Source: a virus
Lineage: Duplodnaviria > Heunggongvirae > Uroviricota > Caudoviricetes
Strand: one strand, 5' to 3'
Virus record (IMG/VR): IMGVR_UViG_2706794662_000005
Length of the DNA: 25,237 nucleotides
The notes under the pieces were generated by a model that saw only the letters and a list, made by a program, of their open reading frames with translations, searched no databases and was not told the origin of the DNA. How positions within the stretch are numbered: position 1 is the stretch's first letter; every line of letters begins with the position of its first letter. Made by a program: the position numbers and the translations under genes. This document shows, one piece after another, positions 16,927 through 25,237 of the stretch.

Positions 16927-17490
16927 GCGCAGAACTCATGCGACTGCTGAGCAATATCATCCGCACCGGGATCATCTCTGAAGTTGATGAGGAATCCTGG
17001 TGCGTGCGCGTTCGCAGCGGCGAANNNNNNNNNNNNNNNNNNNNNNNNNNNNNNNNNNNNNNNNNNNNNNNNNNNNNNNNNNNNNNNNNNNNNNNNNNNN
17101 NNNNNNNNNNNNNNNNNNNNNNNNNNNNNNNNNNNNNNNNNNNNNNNNNNNNNNNNNNNNNNNNNNNNNNNNNNNNNNNNNNNNNNNNNNNNNNNNNNNN
17201 NNNNNNNNNNNNNNNNNNNNNNNNNNNNNNNNNNNNNNNNNNNNNNNNNNNNNNNNNNNNNNNNNNNNNNNNNNACTTTGCAGGCATCCATCAGCGTGAC
17301 ACTGAACACGCCTGTCGTGGAATGCACAGACCTTCTGAGAACAGCGACGCTTGACGTCACAAAAGGGGGAACGATGAGCGGCAATATCACGCACAGCGGC
17401 GGCGATTTCACCTCAAACGGCATCACAGTGCATACGCATAAGCACGGTGGCGTTAAAGGTGGCAGCGATTCGACAGGAGGCCCGCAGTGA
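16923..17490 (+). CDS. V: baseplate spike / assembly protein, P2 gpV-like (interrupted by N-gap)
   Basis: N-terminus MSAELMRLLSNIIRTGII... before the gap and C-terminus ...TKGGTMSGNITHSGGDFTSNGITVHTHKHGG... after it both match gpV. The two halves are in different frames across the N-run, so the N length is not the true gap length. Confidence 0.8.
17025..17274. other. assembly gap (N-run, 250 nt)
   Basis: Run of n characters inside gpV. Confidence 0.99.
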
Positions 17491-17837
17491 CAACCCGCTA
17501 CACAGGAATGAACCCGGACGGGACGGGAAACCTGAACGATATGGCGCACCTGAAACAGTCAGTCAGGGACATCCTGACCACCCCGCTGGCAAGCCGGGTT
17601 ATGCGACGGGAATATGGCAGCCTTGTGCCTGATTTGATTGACGAACCCATGAATAACACCACGCGTCTGCAATGCATGAGTGCTACCGTGATTGCACTGA
17701 CACGATGGGAACCACGCATTGCCCTGAACGCCATCGACGTTGTCTGGAAGGCAGGAGGCCACGCCGGGGTGACGCTGTCGGGCACTGTCATGCAGACCAT
17801 GCAGAATGTTGAATTAACCATCACGCTGAGGGAGTAA
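17487..17837 (+). CDS. W: baseplate wedge protein, P2 gpW-like (116 aa)
   Basis: GTG start overlapping the gpV stop. MTTRYTGMNPDG...VMRREYGSL...W.PR matches the gpW/GPW family. Confidence 0.85.
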   Translation: MTTRYTGMNPDGTGNLNDMAHLKQSVRDILTTPLASRVMRREYGSLVPDLIDEPMNNTTRLQCMSATVIALTRWEPRIALNAIDVVWKAGGHAGVTLSGTVMQTMQNVELTITLRE

Positions 17838-17840
17838 ATC

Positions 17841-18737
17841 ATGCCTGCCGTTGACCTTTCCCAGTTACCGGAACCCGCCATCATCGCGGAGCCTGACTTT
17901 GAGGCAATTCTGGCTGACACAAAGGCCATGATGATTGCAGCTTATCCCGCCGAACAGCGTGAAGTCGTCTCCGCCGCACTGGAACTGGAATCGGAACCCC
18001 TGAACGTTATCGCTCAAACCATGTCGTTTCGTGAAATGCTGTTACGCCAGCGGGTCAATGAGGCCGCACGCGCCTGCATGTTGAGCCACAGCGCCGGAAC
18101 AGACCTGGACAACCTCGCGGGCAATATGAACACAAAGCGCCTGGTTATCACTCCGGCAACGGATACCACCGACGTGGTGATGGAGAACGACACCTCGCTG
18201 AGACTGCGGGCGCAGCGGGCGTATGACGGCCTGAGTGTTGCAGGCCCGTCAGGCGCATACGAGTATTTTGCCCGCAGCGCCAGCGGTCTGGTGCGCGATG
18301 CGCGGGCCATCAGTCCGTCTCCGGCAAATGTGACGGTTTCCATCCTGTCCACTGAGGGCGACGGCACAGCAACGGAGGCGTTGCTTAATACCGTTCGCGC
18401 CGTTCTGAATGCAGAGGATACCCGCCCGGTGGCCGACCGCCTGACCGTACAGAGTGCCAGAATCGTGACATGGCGGCTGAATGCAAAACTGTACTTTTAC
18501 CCCGGTCCGGAATCCGAACCTATTCTGGCTGCGGCTGAATCGTCGTTCAGGAAGTGGCTGGCTGAGCAGGGGCTTATCGGTCAGGACGTGGCGTTGTCCG
18601 CCATTGCTGCCGCACTGCATGTGCACGGTGTGCAACGCGTGGAGATAATCGAACCCACACAGAATATGGCCATCAGCGACATACAGGCGGCGCGCTGTGA
18701 GTCATTCACCATCAGCGAAGGTGGGCGTAATGAGTAA
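17841..18737 (+). CDS. J: baseplate assembly protein, P2 gpJ-like (298 aa)
   Basis: Size and position after W; GGAG RBS upstream. Confidence 0.85.
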   Translation: MPAVDLSQLPEPAIIAEPDFEAILADTKAMMIAAYPAEQREVVSAALELESEPLNVIAQTMSFREMLLRQRVNEAARACMLSHSAGTDLDNLAGNMNTKRLVITPATDTTDVVMENDTSLRLRAQRAYDGLSVAGPSGAYEYFARSASGLVRDARAISPSPANVTVSILSTEGDGTATEALLNTVRAVLNAEDTRPVADRLTVQSARIVTWRLNAKLYFYPGPESEPILAAAESSFRKWLAEQGLIGQDVALSAIAAALHVHGVQRVEIIEPTQNMAISDIQAARCESFTISEGGRNE

Positions 18738-19260
18738 TTCACTGTTACCACCATCAGCCAGCAATTTCATGCGTTGTGCCGAAGCCGTCGGAACACGCAT
18801 TACAGACATTCCGGCAGACCTCAACACGCTGTGGTCGCCGGACACCTGCCCGGTGCATCTGCTGCCTTATCTCGCCTGGGCGTTTTCCGTTGACCGCTGG
18901 GATCGCAACTGGCCGGAAGAGACAAAGCGACAGGTGATTCGTGATGCATGGCTGATACACCGACACAAAGGAACCATCAGCGCCCTGCGACGGGCCATTG
19001 AGCCGCTGGGATACCTCATTCGCGTGTCTGAGTGGTGGGAGTTCAACGGCGAACCCGGAACATTCAAGATTGATGTTGGCACGCTGGACAGTGGCGTGAC
19101 GGAGGAAATGTATCTGGAAATGGAGCGGTTGATTGCTGATGCCCGCCCGGTCAGCCGCCACATGACAGGGCTGAATATCATTCAGGAGATTCAGGGAGAT
19201 ATTTTCGCGGCAGCAGCAACTTACGACGGTGAAGTCATTACCATTTATCCGGACGATTAA
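18730..19260 (+). CDS. I: baseplate protein, P2 gpI-like (176 aa)
   Basis: ATG at 18730 overlaps the gpJ 3' end. Size and position between J and the tail-fibre gene. Confidence 0.82.
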   Translation: MSNSLLPPSASNFMRCAEAVGTRITDIPADLNTLWSPDTCPVHLLPYLAWAFSVDRWDRNWPEETKRQVIRDAWLIHRHKGTISALRRAIEPLGYLIRVSEWWEFNGEPGTFKIDVGTLDSGVTEEMYLEMERLIADARPVSRHMTGLNIIQEIQGDIFAAAATYDGEVITIYPDD

Positions 19261-19262
19261 GC

Positions 19263-21299
19263 ATGAGTACCACAACACGAAAATTTAAAACCATTATCAC
19301 CGATACGGGTGCAAAAAAATTAGCGCAGGCAACCGCGCCAGATGGGAAACCTGTCCGCCTGACACATATGGCCGTGGGTGACGGCGGCGGTACTTTACCC
19401 ACGCCAGACAGTAAGCAGACCCGTCTTGTGCATGAGGTGTGGCGACATACCGTTAATCGCGTCACCCTGGACGCAACACATCAGAACCACATTATTGCGG
19501 AGCTGGTTATTCCTCCTGAAACGGGCGGATTCTGGATCCGGGAAATTGGTGTGTTTGATGAGCACGGCGATTTGATCGCGGTAGGCAATACTGCCGAAAG
19601 TTACAAGCCAACCGTTGCCGAAGGATCCGGACGTGCACAAACATTTCGCACCATTCTGACCGTATCCAGCACTGCCACTGTGGCGCTTACCGTGGATAAC
19701 ACCATGGTGATGGCCACAGTGAATTACGTGGATGACAAACTGAAAGAGCATGAACAGTCACGACGTCACCCGGACGCCTCGCTGACCGCAAAAGGCCTTG
19801 TCCAGCTCAGCAACGCCACCAACAGCACGTCTGAAACGCTGGCAGCGACACCAAAAGCCGTTAAGGCAGTAATGGATGAAACGAACAAGAAAGCCCCATT
19901 AAACAGCCCGGCACTGACCGGAACGCCAACAACACCAACTGCGCGACAGGGAACGAATAATACCCAAATCGCAAGCACGGCTTTCGTTATGGCTGCGATT
20001 GCCGCACTTGTAGACTCTTCGCCTGATGCACTGAACACACTGAACGAGCTGGCGGCGGCGCTGGGCAACGACCCGAATTTTGCGACCACCATGACTAACG
20101 CGCTTGCGGGTAAGCAACCGAAAGATGCCACTCTGACGGCGCTGGCGGGGCTTGCTACTGCGGCAGACAGGTTTCCGTATTTTACGGGGAATGATGTCGC
20201 CAGCCTGGCAACCCTGACAAAAGTCGGGCGGGATATTCTTGCGAAATCGACCGTTGCCGCCGTTATCGAATACCTCGGTTTACAGGAAACGGTAAACAAG
20301 GCTGGTAACGCCGTGCAAAAAAATGGCGATACGTTGTCCGGTGGACTTACTTTTGAAAACGACTCAATCCTTGCCTGGATTCGAAATACTGACTGGGCAA
20401 AGATTGGGTTTAAAAATAATTCGGATGCAGACACCGATTCCTACATGTGGTTTGAAACAGGCAACAACGGCAATGAATATTTCAAATGGAGACACCGCAT
20501 CATTGGCACCCGGCCTAAAGACCTGATGAATCTTAAATGGAATGCTTTGTCTGTTCTTGTTGAAGCCCTTTTCAGCAGTGAAGTGAAAATATCGACAGTC
20601 AATGCACTGAGGATATTTAATTCATCTTTTGGTGCCATTTTTCGTCGTTCTGAAGAATGCCTGCATATCATCCCTACACGAGAGAATGAAGGGGAAAATG
20701 GTAATATAGGGCCACTACGCCCCTTTACGCTTAATCTCAGAACTGGCCGGATAAGCATGGGGCATGGTCTTGATGTTACAGGGGATATATTTGCAAACCG
20801 TTTTGCAATTAACAGTAGTACCGGCATGTGGATTCATATGCGTGACCAGAATGTTATTTTGGGACGTAATGCGGTATCCACTGATGGTGCTCAGGCTTTG
20901 CTCCGTCAGGACCATGCCGACCGCAAATTTATGATTGGCGGTCTGGGAAATAAGCAATTTGGCATCTACATGATTAATAACTCAAGGACAGCCAATGGCA
21001 CCGATGGTCAGGCGTACATGGATAATAACGGGAACTGGCTTTGCGGCTCGCAAGTTATTCCCGGCAACTATGGCAATTTTGATTCCAGATATGTGAAAGA
21101 TGTTCGACTTGGTTCACAGCAATATTATGGAGTGAACAACTGGCAAACATGGAATTTTCAGTGCCCGTCAGGCTATGTACTGACGGGGATTAACGTACAG
21201 GATACCGGAAAAAACTCTGCCGATAATATTGCAGGCGTTCATTACAGGCCAGTGCAAAAGTATATAAATGGCACTTGGTATAATGTGGCGAGTATTTAA
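19263..21299 (+). CDS. H: tail fibre protein, P2 gpH-like (678 aa), C-terminal part inside invertible segment
   Basis: N-terminus [23 protein letters not shown]... is typical of P2 H. From about residue 340 (LGLQETVN) the sequence is the variable receptor-binding part, ending ...[11 protein letters not shown]. Confidence 0.9.
   Translation: MSTTTRKFKTIITDTGAKKLAQATAPDGKPVRLTHMAVGDGGGTLPTPDSKQTRLVHEVWRHTVNRVTLDATHQNHIIAELVIPPETGGFWIREIGVFDEHGDLIAVGNTAESYKPTVAEGSGRAQTFRTILTVSSTATVALTVDNTMVMATVNYVDDKLKEHEQSRRHPDASLTAKGLVQLSNATNSTSETLAATPKAVKAVMDETNKKAPLNSPALTGTPTTPTARQGTNNTQIASTAFVMAAIAALVDSSPDALNTLNELAAALGNDPNFATTMTNALAGKQPKDATLTALAGLATAADRFPYFTGNDVASLATLTKVGRDILAKSTVAAVIEYLGLQETVNKAGNAVQKNGDTLSGGLTFENDSILAWIRNTDWAKIGFKNNSDADTDSYMWFETGNNGNEYFKWRHRIIGTRPKDLMNLKWNALSVLVEALFSSEVKISTVNALRIFNSSFGAIFRRSEECLHIIPTRENEGENGNIGPLRPFTLNLRTGRISMGHGLDVTGDIFANRFAINSSTGMWIHMRDQNVILGRNAVSTDGAQALLRQDHADRKFMIGGLGNKQFGIYMINNSRTANGTDGQAYMDNNGNWLCGSQVIPGNYGNFDSRYVKDVRLGSQQYYGVNNWQTWNFQCPSGYVLTGINVQDTGKNSADNIAGVHYRPVQKYINGTWYNVASI
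20263..20296. repeat. left inverted repeat / invertase crossover site (gix-like) inside gene H
   Basis: ttatcgaatacctcggtttacaggaaacggtaaa; its reverse complement occurs at 23330-23363 with 2 mismatches. Confidence 0.8.
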
Positions 21300-21300
21300 T

Positions 21301-21828
21301 ATGATGCACTTAAAGAACATAAAAGCAGGTAATGCTAAAACAGTGGAGCAGTATGAGTTAACAAAGAAGCACGGAGTCATCTGGCTTTACTCTGAGGACG
21401 GAAAAAACTGGTATGAGGAAGTGAAGAACTTTCAGCCAGACACAATAAAGATTGTTTACGATGCAAATAATATTATTGTCGCCATCACCAAAGATGCCTC
21501 CACGCTTAACCCTGAAGGTTATAGCGTCGTTGAGGTTCCTGATATTACAGCTAATCGTCGTGCTGATGATTCCGGTAAGTGGATGTTTAAGGACGGAGCT
21601 GTGGTTAAACGGATTTATACGGCTGACGAACAGCAACAACAGGCCGAATCACAAAAGGCCGCATTGCTTTCCGAAGCTGAATCAGTCATCCAGCCGCTGG
21701 AACGCGCTGTCAGGCTGAATATGGCGACGGACGAGGAACGCACACGACTGGAAGCATGGGAACGCTACAGTGTTCTGGTCAGCCGTGTGGATACGGCAAA
21801 GCCAGAATGGCCACAAAAGCCTGAGTAA
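21301..21828 (+). CDS. G: tail fibre assembly chaperone, P2 gpG-like (175 aa)
   Basis: ATG at 21301, 2 nt after the H stop. [20 protein letters not shown]... and ...[24 protein letters not shown]... are near-identical to the N-terminal half of the minus-strand paralogue at 21857-22390. Confidence 0.85.
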   Translation: MMHLKNIKAGNAKTVEQYELTKKHGVIWLYSEDGKNWYEEVKNFQPDTIKIVYDANNIIVAITKDASTLNPEGYSVVEVPDITANRRADDSGKWMFKDGAVVKRIYTADEQQQQAESQKAALLSEAESVIQPLERAVRLNMATDEERTRLEAWERYSVLVSRVDTAKPEWPQKPE

Positions 21829-21833
21829 AAATT

Positions 21834-21853
21834 AAGGCCCGATATCGGGCCTT
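21834..21853. terminator. bidirectional hairpin terminator between convergent G and G'
   Basis: Perfect 20-bp palindrome aaggcccgatatcgggcctt with an A-run on the left and T-rich sequence on the right. Confidence 0.6.
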
Positions 21854-21856
21854 GTT

Positions 21857-22390
21857 TCATTCTGGTTGTTCGGGAAACGTTACTGGCAGGCTGGAGGTGT
21901 CTGTGGATTCGACCTTCTGCGCATAGAGCATCCACTCGGTTAATTTTTGTTTATTCTCGTCGGAAATAATGCCCAGCCGTAGCTGTGAGTCCCATAGCTG
22001 GGTTTTATCCCTGACGAGCTGTAGCAGGCTTTGCTTTTCATTTTCCGCTTGTTGCCTCTGCTCTTCCCCGGTATAAGTTCGCTTTATCACTACGCCATCT
22101 TTGAACATCCATTTACCTGAAATATCAGCCCGGCGATTTGCTGTAATATCAGGAACCTCAACGACGCTTGCGCCTTCCGGATTAATTGCTGAAACATCCT
22201 TTTCAATACAAATAATAACGCCGTTGTGGTCATAGACCATTTTCAACGTATCAGGCTGAAAGTTCTTTTGTTCCTCATACCAGTTTTTCCCATCCTCTGT
22301 ATAAAGCCATTTGATGTTAAATTGTTTCGTTAGCTGGTATTGCTCTTTTGTTTCAGGATTACCAGCAGAAATGTTTTTTAAGTGCATCAT
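21857..22390 (-). CDS. alternative tail fibre assembly chaperone (G'-like, 177 aa)
   Basis: N-terminal half nearly identical to gpG (MMHLKNISAGNPETKEQYQL...), C-terminal half divergent. Minus strand within the invertible segment. Confidence 0.85.
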   Translation of the reverse strand: MMHLKNISAGNPETKEQYQLTKQFNIKWLYTEDGKNWYEEQKNFQPDTLKMVYDHNGVIICIEKDVSAINPEGASVVEVPDITANRRADISGKWMFKDGVVIKRTYTGEEQRQQAENEKQSLLQLVRDKTQLWDSQLRLGIISDENKQKLTEWMLYAQKVESTDTSSLPVTFPEQPE

Positions 22391-22392
22391 CG

Positions 22393-23355
22393 TTAAATAC
22401 TCCCCGCGTTATACCACGTCCCATTAATGCAATACTGAATTGGCCTTGCCTGAGTTGTATCAATTAGTTCATCTCTGTTTGAGTTAACGGAACCGGTAAC
22501 AACATAACCTGACCTGTCAGACCATCCGGGACCATTCCATGTCTGAACAGATAACAGACCACCAAGGCGAATACCTGTAATAAACCTTGAGTTACATTCT
22601 GCCTGCGTATATGCACCAACATCTCCCGCAGAGGGTTTGCGGGTTGTGGTGTAAAACTCTGACCAGTCAGCTTCAAAGCCATAACCATCACGCGCTGAAC
22701 GATAAAAAATACCGCCGTTCCTGTAATTCACGCGGAACTGTACAGCAGGGCAGCTCCCCGTATTCATATTGAAGTGGAGGATTAATGTCGATGCGCCACC
22801 AATGTTTGCGTTATAGACCCCGCTATTCCAGTTCCAGCCAACAGCTTTATCATTTCCGACAGTGCTTCCTGTTTGCCCTAAAGCAAATGCAGGTTGTTGA
22901 TTTTTCGTGTTGTAGTCTCGTCGCCAGCCAGGAGCGTAAGCATCACCATGATTAATATAAGTGAATTGAGCGTTAGTAATTCCGCCACCGCTGGACGTGC
23001 TCGGCGTGGTAACGCGTATGGTCATTGCGCCGCGAGTGCCAATAACTTCCACCACAGCACCTGCAAGACAAATATTTCCGCAACCTGTATCTGTAATGAC
23101 CTTATTATTTGCATAAGCCCATGAGCCTTTGCACATCCAGTAAGGATGGTTAAATGCTCCCTGACTCTCCAGCCACGAAATAAATTGCGCGGTTGTCCAG
23201 ACCTGACTATCGCCACCAATATTCAGCCATGAGCTATATGCGCGGCAGGCACCAATATTTTTGGTGAAGGTATCTTTCCCCGGAATATCTGCGCCGTTCT
23301 GGTTTTTCTGTAATGCGCCAGAAGCCTGATTTACCGTTTCCTGTAAACCGAGGTT
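22393..23355 (-). CDS. alternative tail fibre C-terminal cassette (H' variable region, start-less until inverted)
   Basis: Minus-strand frame is open from the crossover site to the stop at 22393-22395. It begins [21 protein letters not shown]..., matching H at LGLQETVN, and ends ...CINGTWYNAGSI. The ORF track shows only the part from the first internal Met (22393-23136). Confidence 0.8.
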   Translation of the reverse strand, partial: NLGLQETVNQASGALQKNQNGADIPGKDTFTKNIGACRAYSSWLNIGGDSQVWTTAQFISWLESQGAFNHPYWMCKGSWAYANNKVITDTGCGNICLAGAVVEVIGTRGAMTIRVTTPSTSSGGGITNAQFTYINHGDAYAPGWRRDYNTKNQQPAFALGQTGSTVGNDKAVGWNWNSGVYNANIGGASTLILHFNMNTGSCPAVQFRVNYRNGGIFYRSARDGYGFEADWSEFYTTTRKPSAGDVGAYTQAECNSRFITGIRLGGLLSVQTWNGPGWSDRSGYVVTGSVNSNRDELIDTTQARPIQYCINGTWYNAGSI

Positions 23356-23363
23356 TTAGATAA
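23330..23363. repeat. right inverted repeat / invertase crossover site (gix-like)
   Basis: tttaccgtttcctgtaaaccgaggttttagataa; the core ttcctgtaaaccgaggttttagataa (23338-23363) closely matches my recollection of the Mu gix site. Confidence 0.8.
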
Positions 23364-23417
23364 TGGCCGTTTCCGGCCTGCATGGCATGATTTGCGCTTT
23401 TGGACGGGAGATTCAGC

Positions 23418-23706
23418 GTGCTGATTGGCTATGTAAGGGTATCAACAAATGACCAGAATACAGACCTGCAACGAAACGCTCTTGTTTGTGCAGGATATGA
23501 ACAAATATTTGAAGATAAATTAAGCGGAACAAGGACAGGCCGACCTGGATTAAAACGTGCTTTAAAGCGCCTTCAAAAAGGTGACGCACTGGTTGTCTGA
23601 AAACTGGACTGACTGGGTCACTGTATGCGGCATCTTGTCGTGCTGGTGGTGGAAGCCTAGAAAAAGTATCGGGTGTTGCTGAACCGTGTTGATACATCAA
23701 CTGCAC
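23418..23706 (+). pseudogene. Pin/Gin-family serine invertase, 5' copy with in-frame stops (decayed or sequence-error-affected)
   Basis: LIGYVRVSTNDQNTDLQRNALVCAGYEQIFEDKLSGTRTGRPGLKRALKRLQKGDALVV is intact and holds the catalytic-serine motif. It is followed by TGA where Trp is expected (23598-23600) and TGA where Arg is expected (23610-23612), then diverged MRHLVVLV-like sequence, TAG at 23658-23660 and a small deletion. Start is GTG 23418 or ATG 23400. Confidence 0.55.
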
Positions 23707-23956
23707 NNNNNNNNNNNNNNNNNNNNNNNNNNNNNNNNNNNNNNNNNNNNNNNNNNNNNNNNNNNNNNNNNNNNNNNNNNNNNNNNNNNNNNNNNNNNNN
23801 NNNNNNNNNNNNNNNNNNNNNNNNNNNNNNNNNNNNNNNNNNNNNNNNNNNNNNNNNNNNNNNNNNNNNNNNNNNNNNNNNNNNNNNNNNNNNNNNNNNN
23901 NNNNNNNNNNNNNNNNNNNNNNNNNNNNNNNNNNNNNNNNNNNNNNNNNNNNNNNN
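23707..23956. other. assembly gap (N-run, 250 nt)
   Basis: Run of n characters within the invertase locus. Confidence 0.99.
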
Positions 23957-24345
23957 GGCGAAGCATGAAACATCTGATTTCTCTCGTCGGGGAACTACGG
24001 GAGCGAGGAATTAATTTTCGCAGTCTGACCGACAGCATAGATACATCTTCTCCAATGGGGCGTTTTTTCTTCCACGTGATGGGTGCCCTGGCTGAAATGG
24101 AACGTGAATTAATTGTTGAACGTACACTGGCCGGACTGGCGGCAGCACGCGCACGGGGGCGCACAGGCGGACGTCGACCGAAGCTGACAAAAGAACAGCA
24201 TGAGCAAATAGCAAGGCTGATCAAAAACGGGCACGACAGAAAACAACTGGCAATAATTTACGGCATTGGTATATCGACGATTTATCGTTACCACCCCGCA
24301 GGAGAATCAATCGGAACAATAGAGAAGAGTCAGGAAACAAAATAA
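23957..24345 (+). CDS. Gin/Hin/Pin-family DNA invertase, C-terminal part (5' end in gap)
   Basis: ...RSMKHLISLVGELRERGINFRSLTDSIDTSSPMGRFFFHVMGALAEMERELIVERTLAGLAAARARGRTGGRRPKLT... followed by a C-terminal HTH region, a strong match to serine invertases. It covers residues also represented, in decayed form, before the gap. Confidence 0.88.
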
Positions 24346-24372
24346 CCGCTAATCTGACCATTAGCGGTTTTT
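24346..24372. terminator. rho-independent terminator after invertase (likely bidirectional)
   Basis: Stem ccgctaat / attagcgg with loop ctgacc, followed by ttttt; on the opposite strand it is followed by ttatttt, downstream of the convergent gpU-like gene. Confidence 0.6.
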
Positions 24373-24380
24373 GTGTTAAA

Positions 24381-24875
24381 TCAGAACAACCCTTTAACTG
24401 AACTGGCCGCGCTGTTAAGGGATGATGTTACCTTATCTTTGAAGCCGGACAGCATATCGCTGAACGATGAGGATTGCAGGCGCTCCCGCAAATCCTCATC
24501 ACAGCGTTCAAGAGTCAGTGAAAATTCTATCTTTTTCGCCTTACCGTAGCGATCAAACTCGGAGCGGGTCGTATTCGTTTCGGTCAGGACATACATGCCG
24601 TAAATCTGCCCGACGCCATCAATCAGAGGCCAGGGTCGTCCTGTATACGCCTGCGTGGTCAGCAGCGACAGCGACACTTCGCCACCTGTAATTTCAGGAT
24701 AAAGCACACCAGAAAGAACGATGCGCTCATCACCTGCACCGATATACTGCCAGCTTGCCGAACGGTTAACGCGTTCATTTTTCACATGCCGCCAGCTTTT
24801 GTTTTGCTGTAACTGCTGATGCGGCAATGTACGCAGCTCAAAAACAAACATGCCGTAGATCATCATCATGGCCAT
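24381..24875 (-). CDS. phage tail protein, P2 gpU-like (164 aa)
   Basis: YGMFVFELRTLPHQ...KSWRH...RVNRSASWQYIGAGDERIVLSGVLYPEITGG...WPLIDGVGQIYGMYV...KIEFSLTLER matches the gpU family pattern as I recall it. GGAG RBS; the start lies 6 nt after the upstream ORF stop. Confidence 0.65.
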   Translation of the reverse strand: MAMMMIYGMFVFELRTLPHQQLQQNKSWRHVKNERVNRSASWQYIGAGDERIVLSGVLYPEITGGEVSLSLLTTQAYTGRPWPLIDGVGQIYGMYVLTETNTTRSEFDRYGKAKKIEFSLTLERCDEDLRERLQSSSFSDMLSGFKDKVTSSLNSAASSVKGLF

Positions 24876-24881
24876 GACTCC

Positions 24882-25181
24882 TCAATCTTTATCGTAAAAA
24901 CTGCCACGCCCGGCACGGGCGCGCCGTTCCATTTCTGCCCTGACCATTTCACCGACCAGTTTCGCCAGTTCGCGGGGATTCTGCGTAACAACGTTATGCA
25001 GATGAACATGAATTTCACCACCAAATCCGGAGGCAACAGGCTCCCGGTTACGGGAAGTTACAGGAACTGATGCCACTGGAGAGCGTATGGCCTCCGCCAC
25101 CGGGCGGGAGCTGGCCGCAACAACAGGGACCAGCGCCGGAGGCAGCGGAGCCGGGACCACGGGTGTGAGGTGTACTGGCAA
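24882..25181 (-). CDS. short ORF directly upstream of the gpU-like gene; possibly a remnant or 3' end of a tape-measure (gpT)-like gene
   Basis: Occupies the position of the T 3' end in P2-like phages and is coupled to the gpU-like gene, but an in-frame TAG at 25191-25193 closes the frame upstream. The putative start is a TTG, and the sequence beyond is AT-rich. Confidence 0.3.
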   Translation of the reverse strand: MPVHLTPVVPAPLPPALVPVVAASSRPVAEAIRSPVASVPVTSRNREPVASGFGGEIHVHLHNVVTQNPRELAKLVGEMVRAEMERRARAGRGSFYDKD

Positions 25182-25237
25182 TAGCGGACACTACCATTTG
25201 TTCTTTTTTTAAGCAGCCATCTGATGATATTTTTCCC

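Larger units (their letters stand above)
20263..23363. other. invertible tail-fibre host-range segment (about 3.1 kb)
   Basis: Bounded by the inverted repeats. Contains the H C-terminus plus G on the plus strand and an alternative H' C-terminus plus G' on the minus strand, with a serine invertase gene immediately outside. Confidence 0.8.
1..25237. mobile_element. P2-like (peduovirus-type) temperate phage / prophage genome segment
   Basis: Gene content and order match the P2 family: rep endonuclease A, cos region, divergent portal/terminase (Q, P) and O-N-M-L-X-lysis-R-S-V-W-J-I-H-G. Neither integrase nor attachment sites are in the window, so the integrated versus episomal state is unknown. 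Confidence 0.85.

Noticed and set aside
12698-17549. Various ORFs composed largely of X residues around the N-runs (for example 12698-13135, 15563-15844, 16859-17287)
   Set aside because: They exist only because N-runs contain no stop codons.
19766-20434. 222-aa minus-strand ORF inside the tail fibre gene
   Set aside because: Antisense to gpH, Ala/Ser-rich, no independent support.
1-25237. Search for tRNA, rRNA, IS elements, integrase and att sites
   Set aside because: No cloverleaf-capable tRNA-like segment, transposase ORF with terminal inverted repeats, or integrase-like ORF was found by eye. The integration module is presumably outside the window.

Overview
The window is a segment of a P2-like temperate phage or prophage from an enterobacterial host, assigned by protein-family recognition from the translated ORFs (no database search was possible). 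Left to right: a cluster of small early genes (251-2290); a 940-aa HUH rolling-circle replication endonuclease (gpA-like, 2297-5119); a plasmid-type ParM/ParR actin-like partition pair (5196-6471) preceded by paired palindromic repeats; a three-gene cassette of small uncharacterised proteins (6532-7492) lying just before the packaging region; a ~490 bp non-coding cos/packaging region; portal gpQ and terminase gpP on the minus strand; then the plus-strand late genes O, N, M, L, X, holin, endolysin, spanin, R, S, V, W, J, I, H, G. The tail-fibre C-terminus and its assembly chaperone lie in a ~3.1 kb invertible segment bounded by gix-like inverted repeats (20263-20296 and 23330-23363), followed by a Gin/Pin-family invertase locus that looks duplicated or decayed. 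A gpU-like tail gene and a short upstream ORF lie on the minus strand at the right edge. Four N-runs (12757-13026, 15568-15839, 17025-17274, 23707-23956) interrupt N/M, lysB/R, V and the invertase, so ORF-track ORFs that span them are artefacts. The most promising candidates for something undescribed are the three-gene cassette at 6532-7492 and the ParMR module inside a P2-like genome. All family assignments rest on remembered motifs and should be confirmed by homology or structure searches.
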